Source: Candidatus Latescibacterota bacterium (GTDB taxonomy: Bacteria; Latescibacterota; UBA2968; UBA8231). From it: DNA of 64,000 nt. Each line of letters opens with the position of its first letter. Positions within the stretch are counted from its first letter, which is position 1. Shown piece after piece: positions 46,175-56,331 of the stretch. A program made the position numbers and the translations under genes. The stretch is taken from NCBI GenBank assembly GCA_965242865.1, contig CBDETK010000013.1, positions 3,360,001-3,424,000 of the forward strand. Direction: 5' to 3'. The notes beneath the pieces are model-generated. The model made no database searches and was not told where the DNA came from. It saw only the letters and a list, made by a program, of their open reading frames with translations.

Positions 46175-48409
46175 ATGGATCTCTTCGACGCCGGACTTAG
46201 GGATCGCCAAGCGGCCGACCAACCCCTCGCCGCTCGCCTGCGACCGCGCACCTTGGACGAATACGTCGGCCAAGACCACATTCTCGGCCCGGGCCGCCTG
46301 CTGCGGCGCGCCATTGAGGCCGACCAGCTCTCCTCGCTGATTTTCTACGGCCCGCCCGGCACGGGCAAAACCACGCTCGCGGCCGTCATCGCCCACACCA
46401 CCCGCGCCCATTTTATTTCCATCAACGCCGTCTTGGCCGGGGTTGCCGACATTCGCCAAGCCGTGGATGAGGCCGGCCAGTTGCGCAAGCTGCACAGCCG
46501 CAAAACCATCCTCTTCATCGACGAGGTCCACCGCTTCAACAAGGCCCAGCAAGACGCGCTCCTGCCTTGGGTCGAAAACGGCACCATCATCCTCATCGGC
46601 GCGACCACGGAGAACCCGTACTTTTCGGTCAACCGCCCCCTGCTCTCGCGGAGCCGGGTTTTTCAGCTCCAGGGCCTTAGCCCCCAAGCCCTCGCGCACA
46701 TTGCCCAACAGGCGCTTGCCGACGAGCGCGGGTACGGTCAGCGCCGCGTCGAGCTACACCCCGACGCCTGCGCCCACCTGATCGATGTGGCCAACGGCGA
46801 CGCCCGCGCCCTGCTCAACGCCTTAGAGCTGGCAGTCGAAACCACCGAGCGCGACACCCAAGGGCGAATTGCCATTACCCTAGCGGTGGCCGAAGAGTCC
46901 ATCCAGCGGCGCGCCCTGCTCTACGACAAGGAGGGCGACTACCACTTCGACGCCATCAGCGCCTTTATCAAGTCCATGCGCGGGTCCGATCCAGACGCCA
47001 CCCTCTACTGGCTGGCGCGGATGGTGTACGCTGGCGAAGACCCGCGCTTTCTCTTTCGCCGCATGCTCATCTTTGCCAGCGAGGACATTGGCCTCGCCGA
47101 CGAGCGCGCCCTCCAAGTCGTCATTGCCGCGGCCGAATCCTTCGACCGCATTGGGTTGCCCGAGGGGCGTTTTCCCCTCGCCCACGCGGCCTTGTACTTA
47201 GCCACCGCGCCCAAGAGCAACTCGACGATGGCCTTTTTCGACGCGCTGGCGGTCGTGGAAAAAGAACGCGAAGGCGAGGTGCCCACGCACCTCAAAGACG
47301 CCAGCCGCGACAGCGAGGGCTTTGGCCACGGCGCCGGCTATCTCTACCCCCACGCGTACCGCGAGCACTGGGTGGCCCAGCAGTACCTGCCGGCCGGCCT
47401 GCAGGGCCGCATCTTTTACCAGCCTTCGGACCAAGGCCGCGAAAGGGCCGCGGGCGACCGCGTCCGCCAACGCCGCGAGCTCCAGCTCGCCGCCATGCGC
47501 GAAGAAGCCGCCCCGGCCGAAGTGCTGTCCCTGTCGCCGCCGGACCAAGTGCGCGACCAATGGCTCAAGCGCGTCAGCGGCGATGTGGCCCCCCAACTGG
47601 AGCACACGCGCCAACGCCTCTTCGCGCCGCTGGCGCTGGCGCGCCACCACCTCGTCCTCGACTTGGAGGCTGGCACCGGCCTGCTCACTTGGGAAGCTCT
47701 GCGGCGCGTGCCCGAAGGCGGGGTCTGGGCCCACGTCAGCGACAAAATCGCGGCCGTAGCCCTGCACGAAACCGCTGCCCATCTAGCCGAGATCGAGCGG
47801 CCCCAAGTGCTGCAAGGCCCGCTCGCCACCCTCGCCGACCAGATTGCCGCCCACGACCCCGACATCCTGTTTGACGCTGTCGTGGGACGCCATGCCCTCG
47901 GCGGGCTAGCGCACAAAGCCCAAGTACTAGCGGCCCTGTATCGCTACCTCGCCCCACAGGGCCGCGTCAGCTTGGTCGAGGTCCTCTCTCGCCGGTCGCA
48001 GCGCTTGTACCAGCTAATCGACTTGCAGCCTCTCGGCGCGTTGGGCGAGCGTCTCGTCGCGGCCGAAGAGGCCATCTACGCCGCGCCCGACAACCCGCGC
48101 GTCAACTGGGATGCCGCGGATCTCAAACAACTGTTCGCGGCCGCGGGCTTTGGCTCGGTGCAGGTGCGGGTGGAAGCGGTCCAGTCGCAGCGGCACATTG
48201 AGCCGCGCCATCTCGCGCATTGGTTCAATCCCGGCGGCGAGAAGCGGCACACGTACGCCCACCACCTGATCCAGCACCTCGACGAAGACGAGCTGCGGCA
48301 GGTGCGCAAGCTCTTTGAGCAGAGCTTGGCCCACCGCGCGGTGACGTGGACGACGCCTCGGATATTTATCGTCGCGGCCGGGCGGCCGGATGCAGCCCCT
48401 GAGCATTGA
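46175..48409 (+). CDS. rarA: Replication-associated recombination protein A with C-terminal methyltransferase-like domain
   Basis: [42 protein letters not shown]; tail with VLDLEAGTG. Confidence 0.9.
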   Translation: MDLFDAGLRDRQAADQPLAARLRPRTLDEYVGQDHILGPGRLLRRAIEADQLSSLIFYGPPGTGKTTLAAVIAHTTRAHFISINAVLAGVADIRQAVDEAGQLRKLHSRKTILFIDEVHRFNKAQQDALLPWVENGTIILIGATTENPYFSVNRPLLSRSRVFQLQGLSPQALAHIAQQALADERGYGQRRVELHPDACAHLIDVANGDARALLNALELAVETTERDTQGRIAITLAVAEESIQRRALLYDKEGDYHFDAISAFIKSMRGSDPDATLYWLARMVYAGEDPRFLFRRMLIFASEDIGLADERALQVVIAAAESFDRIGLPEGRFPLAHAALYLATAPKSNSTMAFFDALAVVEKEREGEVPTHLKDASRDSEGFGHGAGYLYPHAYREHWVAQQYLPAGLQGRIFYQPSDQGRERAAGDRVRQRRELQLAAMREEAAPAEVLSLSPPDQVRDQWLKRVSGDVAPQLEHTRQRLFAPLALARHHLVLDLEAGTGLLTWEALRRVPEGGVWAHVSDKIAAVALHETAAHLAEIERPQVLQGPLATLADQIAAHDPDILFDAVVGRHALGGLAHKAQVLAALYRYLAPQGRVSLVEVLSRRSQRLYQLIDLQPLGALGERLVAAEEAIYAAPDNPRVNWDAADLKQLFAAAGFGSVQVRVEAVQSQRHIEPRHLAHWFNPGGEKRHTYAHHLIQHLDEDELRQVRKLFEQSLAHRAVTWTTPRIFIVAAGRPDAAPEH

Positions 48410-48480
48410 TTTATGGCCTCTCACCGCGTACCTTATCCGCACTTGCCCACCCCTAACCCGCCTAACCCGCCGCCCTAGCC

Positions 48481-49695
48481 ATGATCGCCAAGCACGTATC
48501 CTGTCTGCTGCTGGCTGGCCTCACGGCCTGTAGCACCACCGAAGAGCAAGTCGTTGAGCTCCTAGAACAGATGGCCGCAAACCCAGTGGATTCGCCGGCC
48601 TATCAGCAATCCATCGACGAATTGGCCGCCATTGGTCGGCCGGCCGCCCGCCAGCTCATCGCCCGCCTCAACCCCGACCTGTACCGCGGCGAAAACTACC
48701 GCGAGTTCCGCGCCGAGCGGGAAAAACTCCGCATTGGTTGCGCCCGCGTGCTGGGCCGCATCAAGCCGCGCGGGGCTACGGCCGCCCTCAAGGATCGAAT
48801 CTCAACCGCGTACACCGATCGCGAGCGCATCGCCTGCCTGTGGGCCATGGGGCAAGTCGGCTACGTCCAAGCCGGCGTGGATGCGGCCAAAGCCCAGCTC
48901 GGAGATTCCAACCCCATCATCCGCATTCACGCGGCCATTGCCTTGCTCAAGATGGACGACGACCGCGGCACCAGCGAAATCGAAGCGGCTCTGGCCAGCA
49001 GCGACCCCCAGCTAACCCAAACGGCCCTGCAAGGACTGGAAGAATCCGGCTACTTCGGCGTCCCCCTGCTCGTGGACCTGCGCGCTCGCCCTGGCCCTCA
49101 TCGCGACGCACTGCGCTCGGTGATCGCCGAGGTCAAAGACCAACTCGTCGTCCAACTGGCGGACGAAGGCCCGGTCCACCGCCAGCGCGCCGCGCAAGCC
49201 CTCGGCTACATCGGCGACGAGGGCACCGCAGCCTCCTTGGCCGACCTGCTGGCCGACCCCAGCAATCAAGTGCGCTTTAGCGCGGCCGCGGCCCTAGCCA
49301 CCATGGGGCGCAGTCAGGGCATTGAATTCCTCTTTGAGGCCCTGCGCCATACCGACGCCATTCTCCGCGCCAATGCCGTCAAGTTTCTCACCGATGTCCA
49401 GCGACAATCCGGTGCCGTCGAAGCGCAGCTCATCGCGGCCCTTAGCGATGAGGATTCGCTCGCCCGGGCGGGTGCGGCCCAAGTCTTGGGCCAAGCGCGC
49501 GTTCAGTCCGCCTTTAGCGCCCTGCTCGCGGCCACCCTAGACGAGGTCGCCGATGTGCGGGCCAATGCCGCCATGGCCCTCGGGCACCTCGGCGGCGACC
49601 AAGGCCGCGCCCAACTCGAAAAGTTGCGCTACGACAGCGACGCCACTGTTTCCTACTACGCCGAGTGGGCCTTGGGCCAGCTCGGCCCGAGTTGA
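48481..49695 (+). CDS. HEAT-repeat lipoprotein
   Basis: Lipobox LTAC; repeated VR..AA.ALG motifs. Confidence 0.8.
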   Translation: MIAKHVSCLLLAGLTACSTTEEQVVELLEQMAANPVDSPAYQQSIDELAAIGRPAARQLIARLNPDLYRGENYREFRAEREKLRIGCARVLGRIKPRGATAALKDRISTAYTDRERIACLWAMGQVGYVQAGVDAAKAQLGDSNPIIRIHAAIALLKMDDDRGTSEIEAALASSDPQLTQTALQGLEESGYFGVPLLVDLRARPGPHRDALRSVIAEVKDQLVVQLADEGPVHRQRAAQALGYIGDEGTAASLADLLADPSNQVRFSAAAALATMGRSQGIEFLFEALRHTDAILRANAVKFLTDVQRQSGAVEAQLIAALSDEDSLARAGAAQVLGQARVQSAFSALLAATLDEVADVRANAAMALGHLGGDQGRAQLEKLRYDSDATVSYYAEWALGQLGPS

Positions 49696-49717
49696 CCCTA
49701 ACCCCCGTTCTCGCGCC

Positions 49718-50626
49718 ATGCAAAATGCAATCTGCCTGTTGTTCGTCCTCTTGGCCCTGCCGCTGGTTGCCGTCCCCAGCCGCGCCGGCGAAACGCCCGA
49801 GACCCTCCTCATCCGCCAAGCCCTCGCCAACGACATTGCCGGGTATCGCCGGGCCGATGGCGAGCTGGCCCTCAAGGCGTACCACCCGCACTTCGTAGCC
49901 TATCAGGGCCATGCCAACGCGGACCCGCGCGCTTGGACGGTCCTGCACGAAAACCGCGATGCGTTTGAAAGCCAGCTAGCGGCCGACCTCAAAGCCCAGC
50001 GCTACGAGGTGGTGCGCTCGGTTCCCTTTATCGCGGTGCGCACCACCCACGCCATTGCCACCAGCTTAGACTCCGGGCGCGTCGTCGATCGCCAGACGAG
50101 CGAGCCGACGCCGGTTGCCGTCCACCGCTTTTGGACCTTTCTCAAGGAAGAGGACGACTGGCTGGCCACGGCCATGGTCGCGGATTTGGGCGACTCGCTC
50201 TTGCCCGTAGCGGGCGCACCGGCCAACGGCGAGATCGCCGAGTTGTTGCAGCGCGAAAGCCAAGCGTGGGAAACCGGCAGCGGCATCCTCGGCTTCTTCG
50301 ACGCACATTTCACGGGCTACGACGCCTTGGGCGCTTTTAAGCCGGCCTCCTACAAAATCGCCTTCAGCGGCAGCGAGGAGCTGGAAAAGTGGCTCGACAA
50401 GCGGCTGCCGTACGTGCAGTACGACCTCGACCGCAACGTGCTCCACACGGCCATCGGCCCGGCCGGCGACGAAGCCTTGGCCGTCACGCGCGAAACCGTG
50501 GCCGTTGAGCACGTCAAAGGCCCGGCCAAACACGCCAAAGAACGCTACGTGTTCTGGACGCTGAGCCGCCGCTCCGGCTCGTGGAAGATCACCAACATGC
50601 TCTTCGACGTGGGGCTTTCCGACTAG
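49718..50626 (+). CDS. Secreted protein with two NTF2-like domains
   Basis: Signal peptide; internally duplicated HF..Y...FWT...W pattern. Confidence 0.6.
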   Translation: MQNAICLLFVLLALPLVAVPSRAGETPETLLIRQALANDIAGYRRADGELALKAYHPHFVAYQGHANADPRAWTVLHENRDAFESQLAADLKAQRYEVVRSVPFIAVRTTHAIATSLDSGRVVDRQTSEPTPVAVHRFWTFLKEEDDWLATAMVADLGDSLLPVAGAPANGEIAELLQRESQAWETGSGILGFFDAHFTGYDALGAFKPASYKIAFSGSEELEKWLDKRLPYVQYDLDRNVLHTAIGPAGDEALAVTRETVAVEHVKGPAKHAKERYVFWTLSRRSGSWKITNMLFDVGLSD

Positions 50627-50641
50627 CGCGGGCGCGAGTAC

Positions 50642-52516
50642 ATGGAAAAACTGGTCTGGCTACTGGTCTTTACCGTCGGCTATTGGTCGTACTGCGTCTT
50701 CTGGGGGATCAAAGGCGCCCGCCGGGCCAAGACGGCCTCGGATTACTTTATCGCCGGCCGTGGGATCGGCCTGTGGGTCTTTGTGTTGGCCGCGACCGCC
50801 ACCTCCTTTAGCGGCTGGACCTTCGTCGGTCACCCCGGCACCATCTACAATGTGGGCCTGCCCTACGCCTTTGCCTCGTTCTACGCCATCACCATCCCCT
50901 TCACCGGGGTGTTGTTCCTCAAGCGACAGTGGCTGTTGGGCCAACGCTTTGGCTATATCACCCCGGGCGAGATGTTCAGCGACTACTACCGCACCGATGC
51001 GATGCGCTTCCTCACCGTCATCGTCGCTTTCGTCTTCAGCGTGCCCTATCTCGGCCTCCAGCTCAAGGCGTCGGGCCTGCTCTTCAACCGCTTGACGACC
51101 GGCACGCCGCTGGAGGGCAGCTTCATCGGCTCGGTTGAAGGCGGGGCGATTGTGCTTTCGGTGATCGTTTTTATCTACGTGGCATCCGGTGGGTTGCGCT
51201 CGGTCGCTTACGTCGATTGCGCCCAGTGCGTCCTCTTGGCGTTCGGCATCGTCGTCCTCGGGTTTGTCGCCCTCGACTTGGTCGGCGGCTGGTCGGCCTT
51301 CAAGGGGGGGTTGACCGCCCTCGCCCAGCAAAAACCCGACATGGTCGCCATTCCGACGCGGCCGGAGTCCGACTCCTTCCTCGAGCGGGTTGGCACCCTG
51401 TTTTTTGACGCCCAAGGCGGCCCTTGGACCGGCCTGATGATCCTGTCCTATATGTTCGCCTTGATGGGCATTCAGTCGGCCCCGGCGTTTTCGATGTGGG
51501 CCTTTGCCAACCGCGACCCGCGGCCTTTCCCTTGGCAACAGGTGGTCGCCTCTGCCCTCGTCATCGGCGGCATCATGTTCTTTTTCACCGCCTTTCAGGG
51601 GCTGGGTGCCCGGCTCCTCGATATGGAACTGATCCCGGGGACTACCCCCCTCGGCTTGCCAGCATCCGACCACTTGGTTCCCTACCTAATCGACACCTTG
51701 GCCGACCGCTTCCCGTTCCTCTTGGGGCTTTTGGCCGTCTGCGCGCTCGCCGCAATGCAATCGACCGGGGCCGCTTACATGTCCACGGCCAGCGGCATTG
51801 TCACCCGCGACCTCTACCGCCATTTCTTCAATAAAGAGGCCTCGCATTCGGCCCAAGTCTTCGTCGGCCGCTTGAGCGTGGCCATCGTCGTCAGCTTGGC
51901 CCTGTTGGTCGGCCTCGCTTCCGGCGACCTGCTCGTCTTGCTGGGGGGGGCGGCCGTTTCTTACGGATTTCAGATGTGGCCGGCCCTGCTGGGCATCTGC
52001 TACATTCGCTTCTTCACGCCTCAAGGAATCGTCGCTGGCCTCATCGTTGGCCTCGTCGCCGTTACCTTCACCTACATAACCGAGCTGGGCGGGCTCATCG
52101 GCATTGGCCGCTATCCGCTCACGCTCCACAGCGCTGGGTGGGGCATTCTCTTTAACCTGAGTACGGTCGTCGTCGTCAGCTTTTTCACCCAGCCCAAGCA
52201 AGCCAACCACCTCGCCCACCGCGATCGCTTCCACCGCTTCCTCAAAGCGCACACGGCCTTGCCCGAGGCCAAAAAGAAATGGAAAACGCCGGTCTGGATT
52301 CTGACGGTCGTTTGGTTTCTCTGTGCCATCGGCCCCTTTGCCGTCCTCGGCAATCAGACCGATCCCGCCCGTTGGCCCTGGGGCATCCCCTCGCTGTGGC
52401 TGTGGCAGATCGCTTGGTGGATCATCGGCTGTTTTATGATGTATTTGCTCGCCTTTAAGCTGGAGATGTCCACCGTCCCCGCCCGCAAAGTCGAATCCTC
52501 GCCGCAAGACGACTGA
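50642..52516 (+). CDS. Sodium:solute symporter
   Basis: DYFIAGR, SFSGWTFVGHPG, GGLRSVAYVD, AAMQST; many TM helices. Confidence 0.92.
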   Translation: MEKLVWLLVFTVGYWSYCVFWGIKGARRAKTASDYFIAGRGIGLWVFVLAATATSFSGWTFVGHPGTIYNVGLPYAFASFYAITIPFTGVLFLKRQWLLGQRFGYITPGEMFSDYYRTDAMRFLTVIVAFVFSVPYLGLQLKASGLLFNRLTTGTPLEGSFIGSVEGGAIVLSVIVFIYVASGGLRSVAYVDCAQCVLLAFGIVVLGFVALDLVGGWSAFKGGLTALAQQKPDMVAIPTRPESDSFLERVGTLFFDAQGGPWTGLMILSYMFALMGIQSAPAFSMWAFANRDPRPFPWQQVVASALVIGGIMFFFTAFQGLGARLLDMELIPGTTPLGLPASDHLVPYLIDTLADRFPFLLGLLAVCALAAMQSTGAAYMSTASGIVTRDLYRHFFNKEASHSAQVFVGRLSVAIVVSLALLVGLASGDLLVLLGGAAVSYGFQMWPALLGICYIRFFTPQGIVAGLIVGLVAVTFTYITELGGLIGIGRYPLTLHSAGWGILFNLSTVVVVSFFTQPKQANHLAHRDRFHRFLKAHTALPEAKKKWKTPVWILTVVWFLCAIGPFAVLGNQTDPARWPWGIPSLWLWQIAWWIIGCFMMYLLAFKLEMSTVPARKVESSPQDD

Positions 52517-52650
52517 GTTGACGCGCTTGGCGGGCGAGATGACCGCCGAATAAAATGGCTAGCCGCGCGTGAAGCGGCGATGTCCTTTGTCTTGGGACGC
52601 CCAGCGGATATATTTCTCTCCAACCGATTCCCCTTAGACGAAAGGCACCG

Positions 52651-53619
52651 ATGGCCGAATTCGATAGTGTACCCAAATCGCTTTTGAACGCCCATCCGCA
52701 AGGGTTTTTGGCCTTTCTCTTGGGGCACTCAACAGGGCAGTGGATCGAGACGCTCAACCCGGAGCAACCCACCGTCAAGACCCAGATGATGGACAGCTTG
52801 CTTCGCGTCCGGCTCGACGGCAAGGAAGCGTTAGTTCACTGCGAGTTTCAAACCACCGACAGCACTCAGACGCCCATGCCCCAGCGGATGGCTGGCTACA
52901 TGGGACGCTGCATTGCCGAGCATGGCTTGCCCCTGTTGTCTTATGTGCTCTACTTGCGTCCTGACGCTGGCCGGCGCGACCCGGGAGAGTACGTGCAGGA
53001 CATCGTCGGCCATGAGGTGGTGCTGCGCTACAAGGTGCTGCGGTTGAGCGCGTTGGATGGGGTGGCGTATTTGTCGTCGGGCAATGTGGGGGCGCTGCCG
53101 TTTACGCCGCTGATGGGTCGTCCGTCGGGGGTGGGGGTGGAAGCGTGGTTGGGTCGGTGTGTGGCGGCGACCGAGGGGTTGGAGGTGTCGCGTGAAGTTA
53201 AGCACAGCGTGTTGGCGCACATGGGGGTGTTGAGTTCGTTGGTGTGCGAGGAGTCAACCATTTTTTCTTTCATCTCGGAGGATATTATGACAGAGTTTCC
53301 GATGTTTGAGTGGGTGCGCAAGCGCACGTTGGAGCAGGGGTTGAAGCAAGGGATCGAGCAAGGGATCGAGCAAGGGATCGAGCAAGGGATCGAGCAAGGG
53401 ATCGAGCAAGGGATCGAGCAAGGGATCGAGCAGGGGATTCGGCAAAGTATCCAAGAAGCCTTGACGATTCGATTTTCGGAGGATGCCGCGCAGGCGGTGG
53501 CCGACCGCTTGGCGGCGATTGAGCAGGAGGATCAACTGCAAGCCTTGCTGCGCACAGCCATACAGGAGGACCAACTGGCCGAGTTCACGCGCTTGTTGGA
53601 CGAGATGACCGCCGAATAA
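52651..53619 (+). CDS. Rpn/YhgA-like PD-(D/E)XK nuclease (putative transposase family)
   Basis: MDSL...HCEFQT core, MPQRM, YVLYL, EQGI repeats and a C-terminal IRF...L..I helical domain. Confidence 0.85.
   Translation: MAEFDSVPKSLLNAHPQGFLAFLLGHSTGQWIETLNPEQPTVKTQMMDSLLRVRLDGKEALVHCEFQTTDSTQTPMPQRMAGYMGRCIAEHGLPLLSYVLYLRPDAGRRDPGEYVQDIVGHEVVLRYKVLRLSALDGVAYLSSGNVGALPFTPLMGRPSGVGVEAWLGRCVAATEGLEVSREVKHSVLAHMGVLSSLVCEESTIFSFISEDIMTEFPMFEWVRKRTLEQGLKQGIEQGIEQGIEQGIEQGIEQGIEQGIEQGIRQSIQEALTIRFSEDAAQAVADRLAAIEQEDQLQALLRTAIQEDQLAEFTRLLDEMTAE
53329..53436 (+). repeat. 12-bp coding tandem repeat (IEQG x7 plus 2 variants)
   Basis: atcgagcaaggg repeated in frame. Confidence 0.95.
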
Positions 53620-53620
53620 A

Positions 53621-55315
53621 GTGCGCTCGGCCTTTCCCTTGCTCCGCCTCGCGCTAGCACTCGGCGCGGCCGCGCTCGGCACGTTGCTCTTGCCTGATCG
53701 AGGCGCGACGAGCGGGCTGAGCCTTTTTCCGCCGGCCACGGCCATCCTCGTCGCCATCGCCACGGGCCGCCTAATTTTGGGACTAGGGCTGGCCATCGTC
53801 GGCGGGGCGCTCGTTTCCCTGCCAGCCGACGTCCCGCTCTACGCGCTCCCGTTCCGCAGCGTAGAGAAAGCCCTCCTGAGTTTTGTCTGGCCGCCGTTGC
53901 GCGACTCCTTCCAACTCTTCATCCTCGGCTTTACGGCCGCACTAATCGGCATGATCCGCGTCATCTCGCTGGCCGGCGGCACCCGCGGCATCGCCGAGCT
54001 GTTGGTCGCCCGAGCCGCCGGGGTGCGCTCGGCCCGGTTGGCCACCGCGCTCTTGGGGCTGGCCGTTTTCTTCGACGACTACGCCAACACACTCGTCGTC
54101 GGCACCACCATGCGCCCCATTGCCGATGGCTTCCGCATCTCGCGCGAAAAACTGGCCTTTCTGGTCGATTCCACCGCCGCCCCCGTGGCCGGTATCGCCG
54201 TTATCAGCACTTGGATCGGCTTTGAGGTGGGCCTGTTCGACAGCGCGATGGAGCAAGTCGGCGCGGGGATCTCTGGGTACGAACTGTTCTTCCGCGCCCT
54301 GCCAGCCCGCTTCTACTGCCTGCTAACCCTTGCCTTCGTGCTGTGCTCAACCGTGGCTGGCCGCGATTTCGGCCCCATGCTCAAAGCCGAGCGCCGCGCC
54401 CGCCAAACCGGCCAAGTCATCGCGCCGGGCGACCGCCCGATGACCGGGGACGCATCCGAACTCCCCGAGCACCCCGGCCTCCGCGCCCATTGGGCCGTGG
54501 CCGCAAGCCCCGTCCTTCTCGTCGTCGCCGGCGTACTCGGGGGAATGCACCTAGACGCCAGCCAAGCACCGGCCGTGGTGGCCGCCCGCGCCGACCACGG
54601 CTTTTTCGCCCGGCTCTACTGGATCCAAGTGTTCTCCCACGCCGACAGCGCCAAAGTGATGTTCCTATCCGCCCTCGCCGGTTCGGCCCTCGCCGTGGTC
54701 TTAGCCCTGACCCGCCGCGAAAAAGCAAGCCCAAGACGCCCTCTCGGCCTAGCGGAAGTAGGCAAAACATACATGAGCGGCATTACGGGCTTTTCTTATG
54801 CGCTGGTGATATTGATCTTGGCGTGGGCACTCAAGGAAACCTGCGAGGCGGTCGAGACTTCGGCCTATATCGTCGGGGCGCTTTCCGGCTTCCTCAACCC
54901 GCACTTTTTCCCCCTCCTCGTCTTCCTGCTGGCCGCGGTGGTCGCCTTCTCCATCGGCACCTCGTGGACGACGATGGCCGTCCTCCTGCCGACCCTGATC
55001 CCCGTAGCCTACGACCTAGGCGGTCTGCCGCTGACGGTCCTCGCGGCGGCCGCGGTATTGGACGGCGCGATCTTCGGCGACCATTGCTCGCCGATCAGCG
55101 ATACCACCGTCCTCTCCAGCATTGCCGCGGCCTGCGACCACTTAGCCCACGTGCGCACCCAGATACCCTACGCCCTGACGACGATGGCGATCGCCGGGCT
55201 GTGCGGCTACTTGGGCAGCACCCTGCTGTGGTCGCCGACTACGGGCTTGGCCGTGGGGCTGTGCTTAATTGTCGTGGTGATTTTTGTCGTGGGAAGAAAA
55301 ACGGACGCCGATTGA
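53621..55315 (+). CDS. Na+/H+ antiporter NhaC-like protein
   Basis: FFDDYAN, SREKLAFLVDSTAAP, GTSW, GAIFGDHCSPISDTT. Confidence 0.92.
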   Translation: MRSAFPLLRLALALGAAALGTLLLPDRGATSGLSLFPPATAILVAIATGRLILGLGLAIVGGALVSLPADVPLYALPFRSVEKALLSFVWPPLRDSFQLFILGFTAALIGMIRVISLAGGTRGIAELLVARAAGVRSARLATALLGLAVFFDDYANTLVVGTTMRPIADGFRISREKLAFLVDSTAAPVAGIAVISTWIGFEVGLFDSAMEQVGAGISGYELFFRALPARFYCLLTLAFVLCSTVAGRDFGPMLKAERRARQTGQVIAPGDRPMTGDASELPEHPGLRAHWAVAASPVLLVVAGVLGGMHLDASQAPAVVAARADHGFFARLYWIQVFSHADSAKVMFLSALAGSALAVVLALTRREKASPRRPLGLAEVGKTYMSGITGFSYALVILILAWALKETCEAVETSAYIVGALSGFLNPHFFPLLVFLLAAVVAFSIGTSWTTMAVLLPTLIPVAYDLGGLPLTVLAAAAVLDGAIFGDHCSPISDTTVLSSIAAACDHLAHVRTQIPYALTTMAIAGLCGYLGSTLLWSPTTGLAVGLCLIVVVIFVVGRKTDAD

Positions 55316-55316
55316 G

Positions 55317-55817
55317 CTACCACCCGGCCGTCGTCCGGTCCACCAATTCCTCTAGCACCATGTTCAGGGCCCGCTCCACCGCCGGCTCCCGCCCCGCTTC
55401 CTCTTCCAATGCGGCATCGTACGTTCCCCATCCTTCGAGCTCGGCCAACGCCAACAACACCTCCCCATCCTCCACCCGCACCAGCTCGGCCGCCACCAAG
55501 ACCGCAAACCGATACTGCTCGGTCTGCTCGGCCGTCGTATAGGTGTGGGGGCGGTCCTCGATTGAGAGCACGTTGAGTTGCAACAGGGCATCGGCGCTCT
55601 CTTCATCTACTACCCGCAACTGGCCGTCTTCGCCATAGACATCGATGGCGCGTTCGGTCAGGAGCTCGGCCACGGCAAACTCCGAGGTCTGGTTGTCGGC
55701 CACCGGGATGCCAATGCTGCGGATGCCGCCCAGCAAGCCGCCGGAAGTCGAGTAATAAGCGCATCCCCCGATGCAGAGGGCAACGAGCGCGGCTCTAATC
55801 GGCGGGATCGCGCTCAT
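55317..55817 (-). CDS. LptE-like LPS assembly lipoprotein
   Basis: Lipobox IGGC, SIGIP..DNQT, ADALL, terminal W. Confidence 0.7.
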   Translation of the reverse strand: MSAIPPIRAALVALCIGGCAYYSTSGGLLGGIRSIGIPVADNQTSEFAVAELLTERAIDVYGEDGQLRVVDEESADALLQLNVLSIEDRPHTYTTAEQTEQYRFAVLVAAELVRVEDGEVLLALAELEGWGTYDAALEEEAGREPAVERALNMVLEELVDRTTAGW

Positions 55818-56253
55818 CGTCCTCGGCCGCGTCGGCCGCGGCCAGCGACCGCGCTCCATCGCCCACGGCAATGGGCTGATTTTGCGGCCGTCCCCGGACA
55901 TCGGTCCCCCGCACCTCCAGCTTTTGCCACTGCTCTTGGCCTGAGCCGCGAGCCACCGAGTGCTCAACCATCACCGCGCTCAAGGGCCGAGTATCGCCGA
56001 CCACCGGGGGATCGCCGACCACCGGAGCGCGCACCGTACACAGACGTTCCTGCACGTGGGTGGCTACTACGCGCGCCTTAACCACTTCCCAACGGCCCAG
56101 CGGCTGCCCGCTGTCGGGGTCCTCGATCTCGCCGTGCGGGGCGAAAATGGCAAAGGCCATGCCCTCTTGGACGCCCTGCTCGCTACCGATGTTGAGCACT
56201 AGGGTGGTGTCGTCGATAATGGCGGCGACCTTGCCTTCAATGGGGGTGCTCAT
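55795..56253 (-). CDS. Hypothetical beta-barrel protein (FlgT C-terminal-like)
   Basis: GKVA.I, LNIGSEQGVQEGM.F, DPDSGQPLG; GAGGAG RBS. Confidence 0.7.
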   Translation of the reverse strand: MSTPIEGKVAAIIDDTTLVLNIGSEQGVQEGMAFAIFAPHGEIEDPDSGQPLGRWEVVKARVVATHVQERLCTVRAPVVGDPPVVGDTRPLSAVMVEHSVARGSGQEQWQKLEVRGTDVRGRPQNQPIAVGDGARSLAAADAAEDDERDPAD

Positions 56254-56270
56254 GCGGGGGTGCTCCTCGT

Positions 56271-56308
56271 AAAAAAAGAGACCGGCCCGCGCTCGCCGGA
56301 CCGGTCTC
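56271..56308 (-). terminator. Intrinsic terminator after the M23 peptidase gene
   Basis: gagaccgg...ccggtctc stem followed by a T7 run on the minus strand. Confidence 0.75.
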
Positions 56309-56331
56309 GCTGTGCCTAAGTGGAATTTAAT

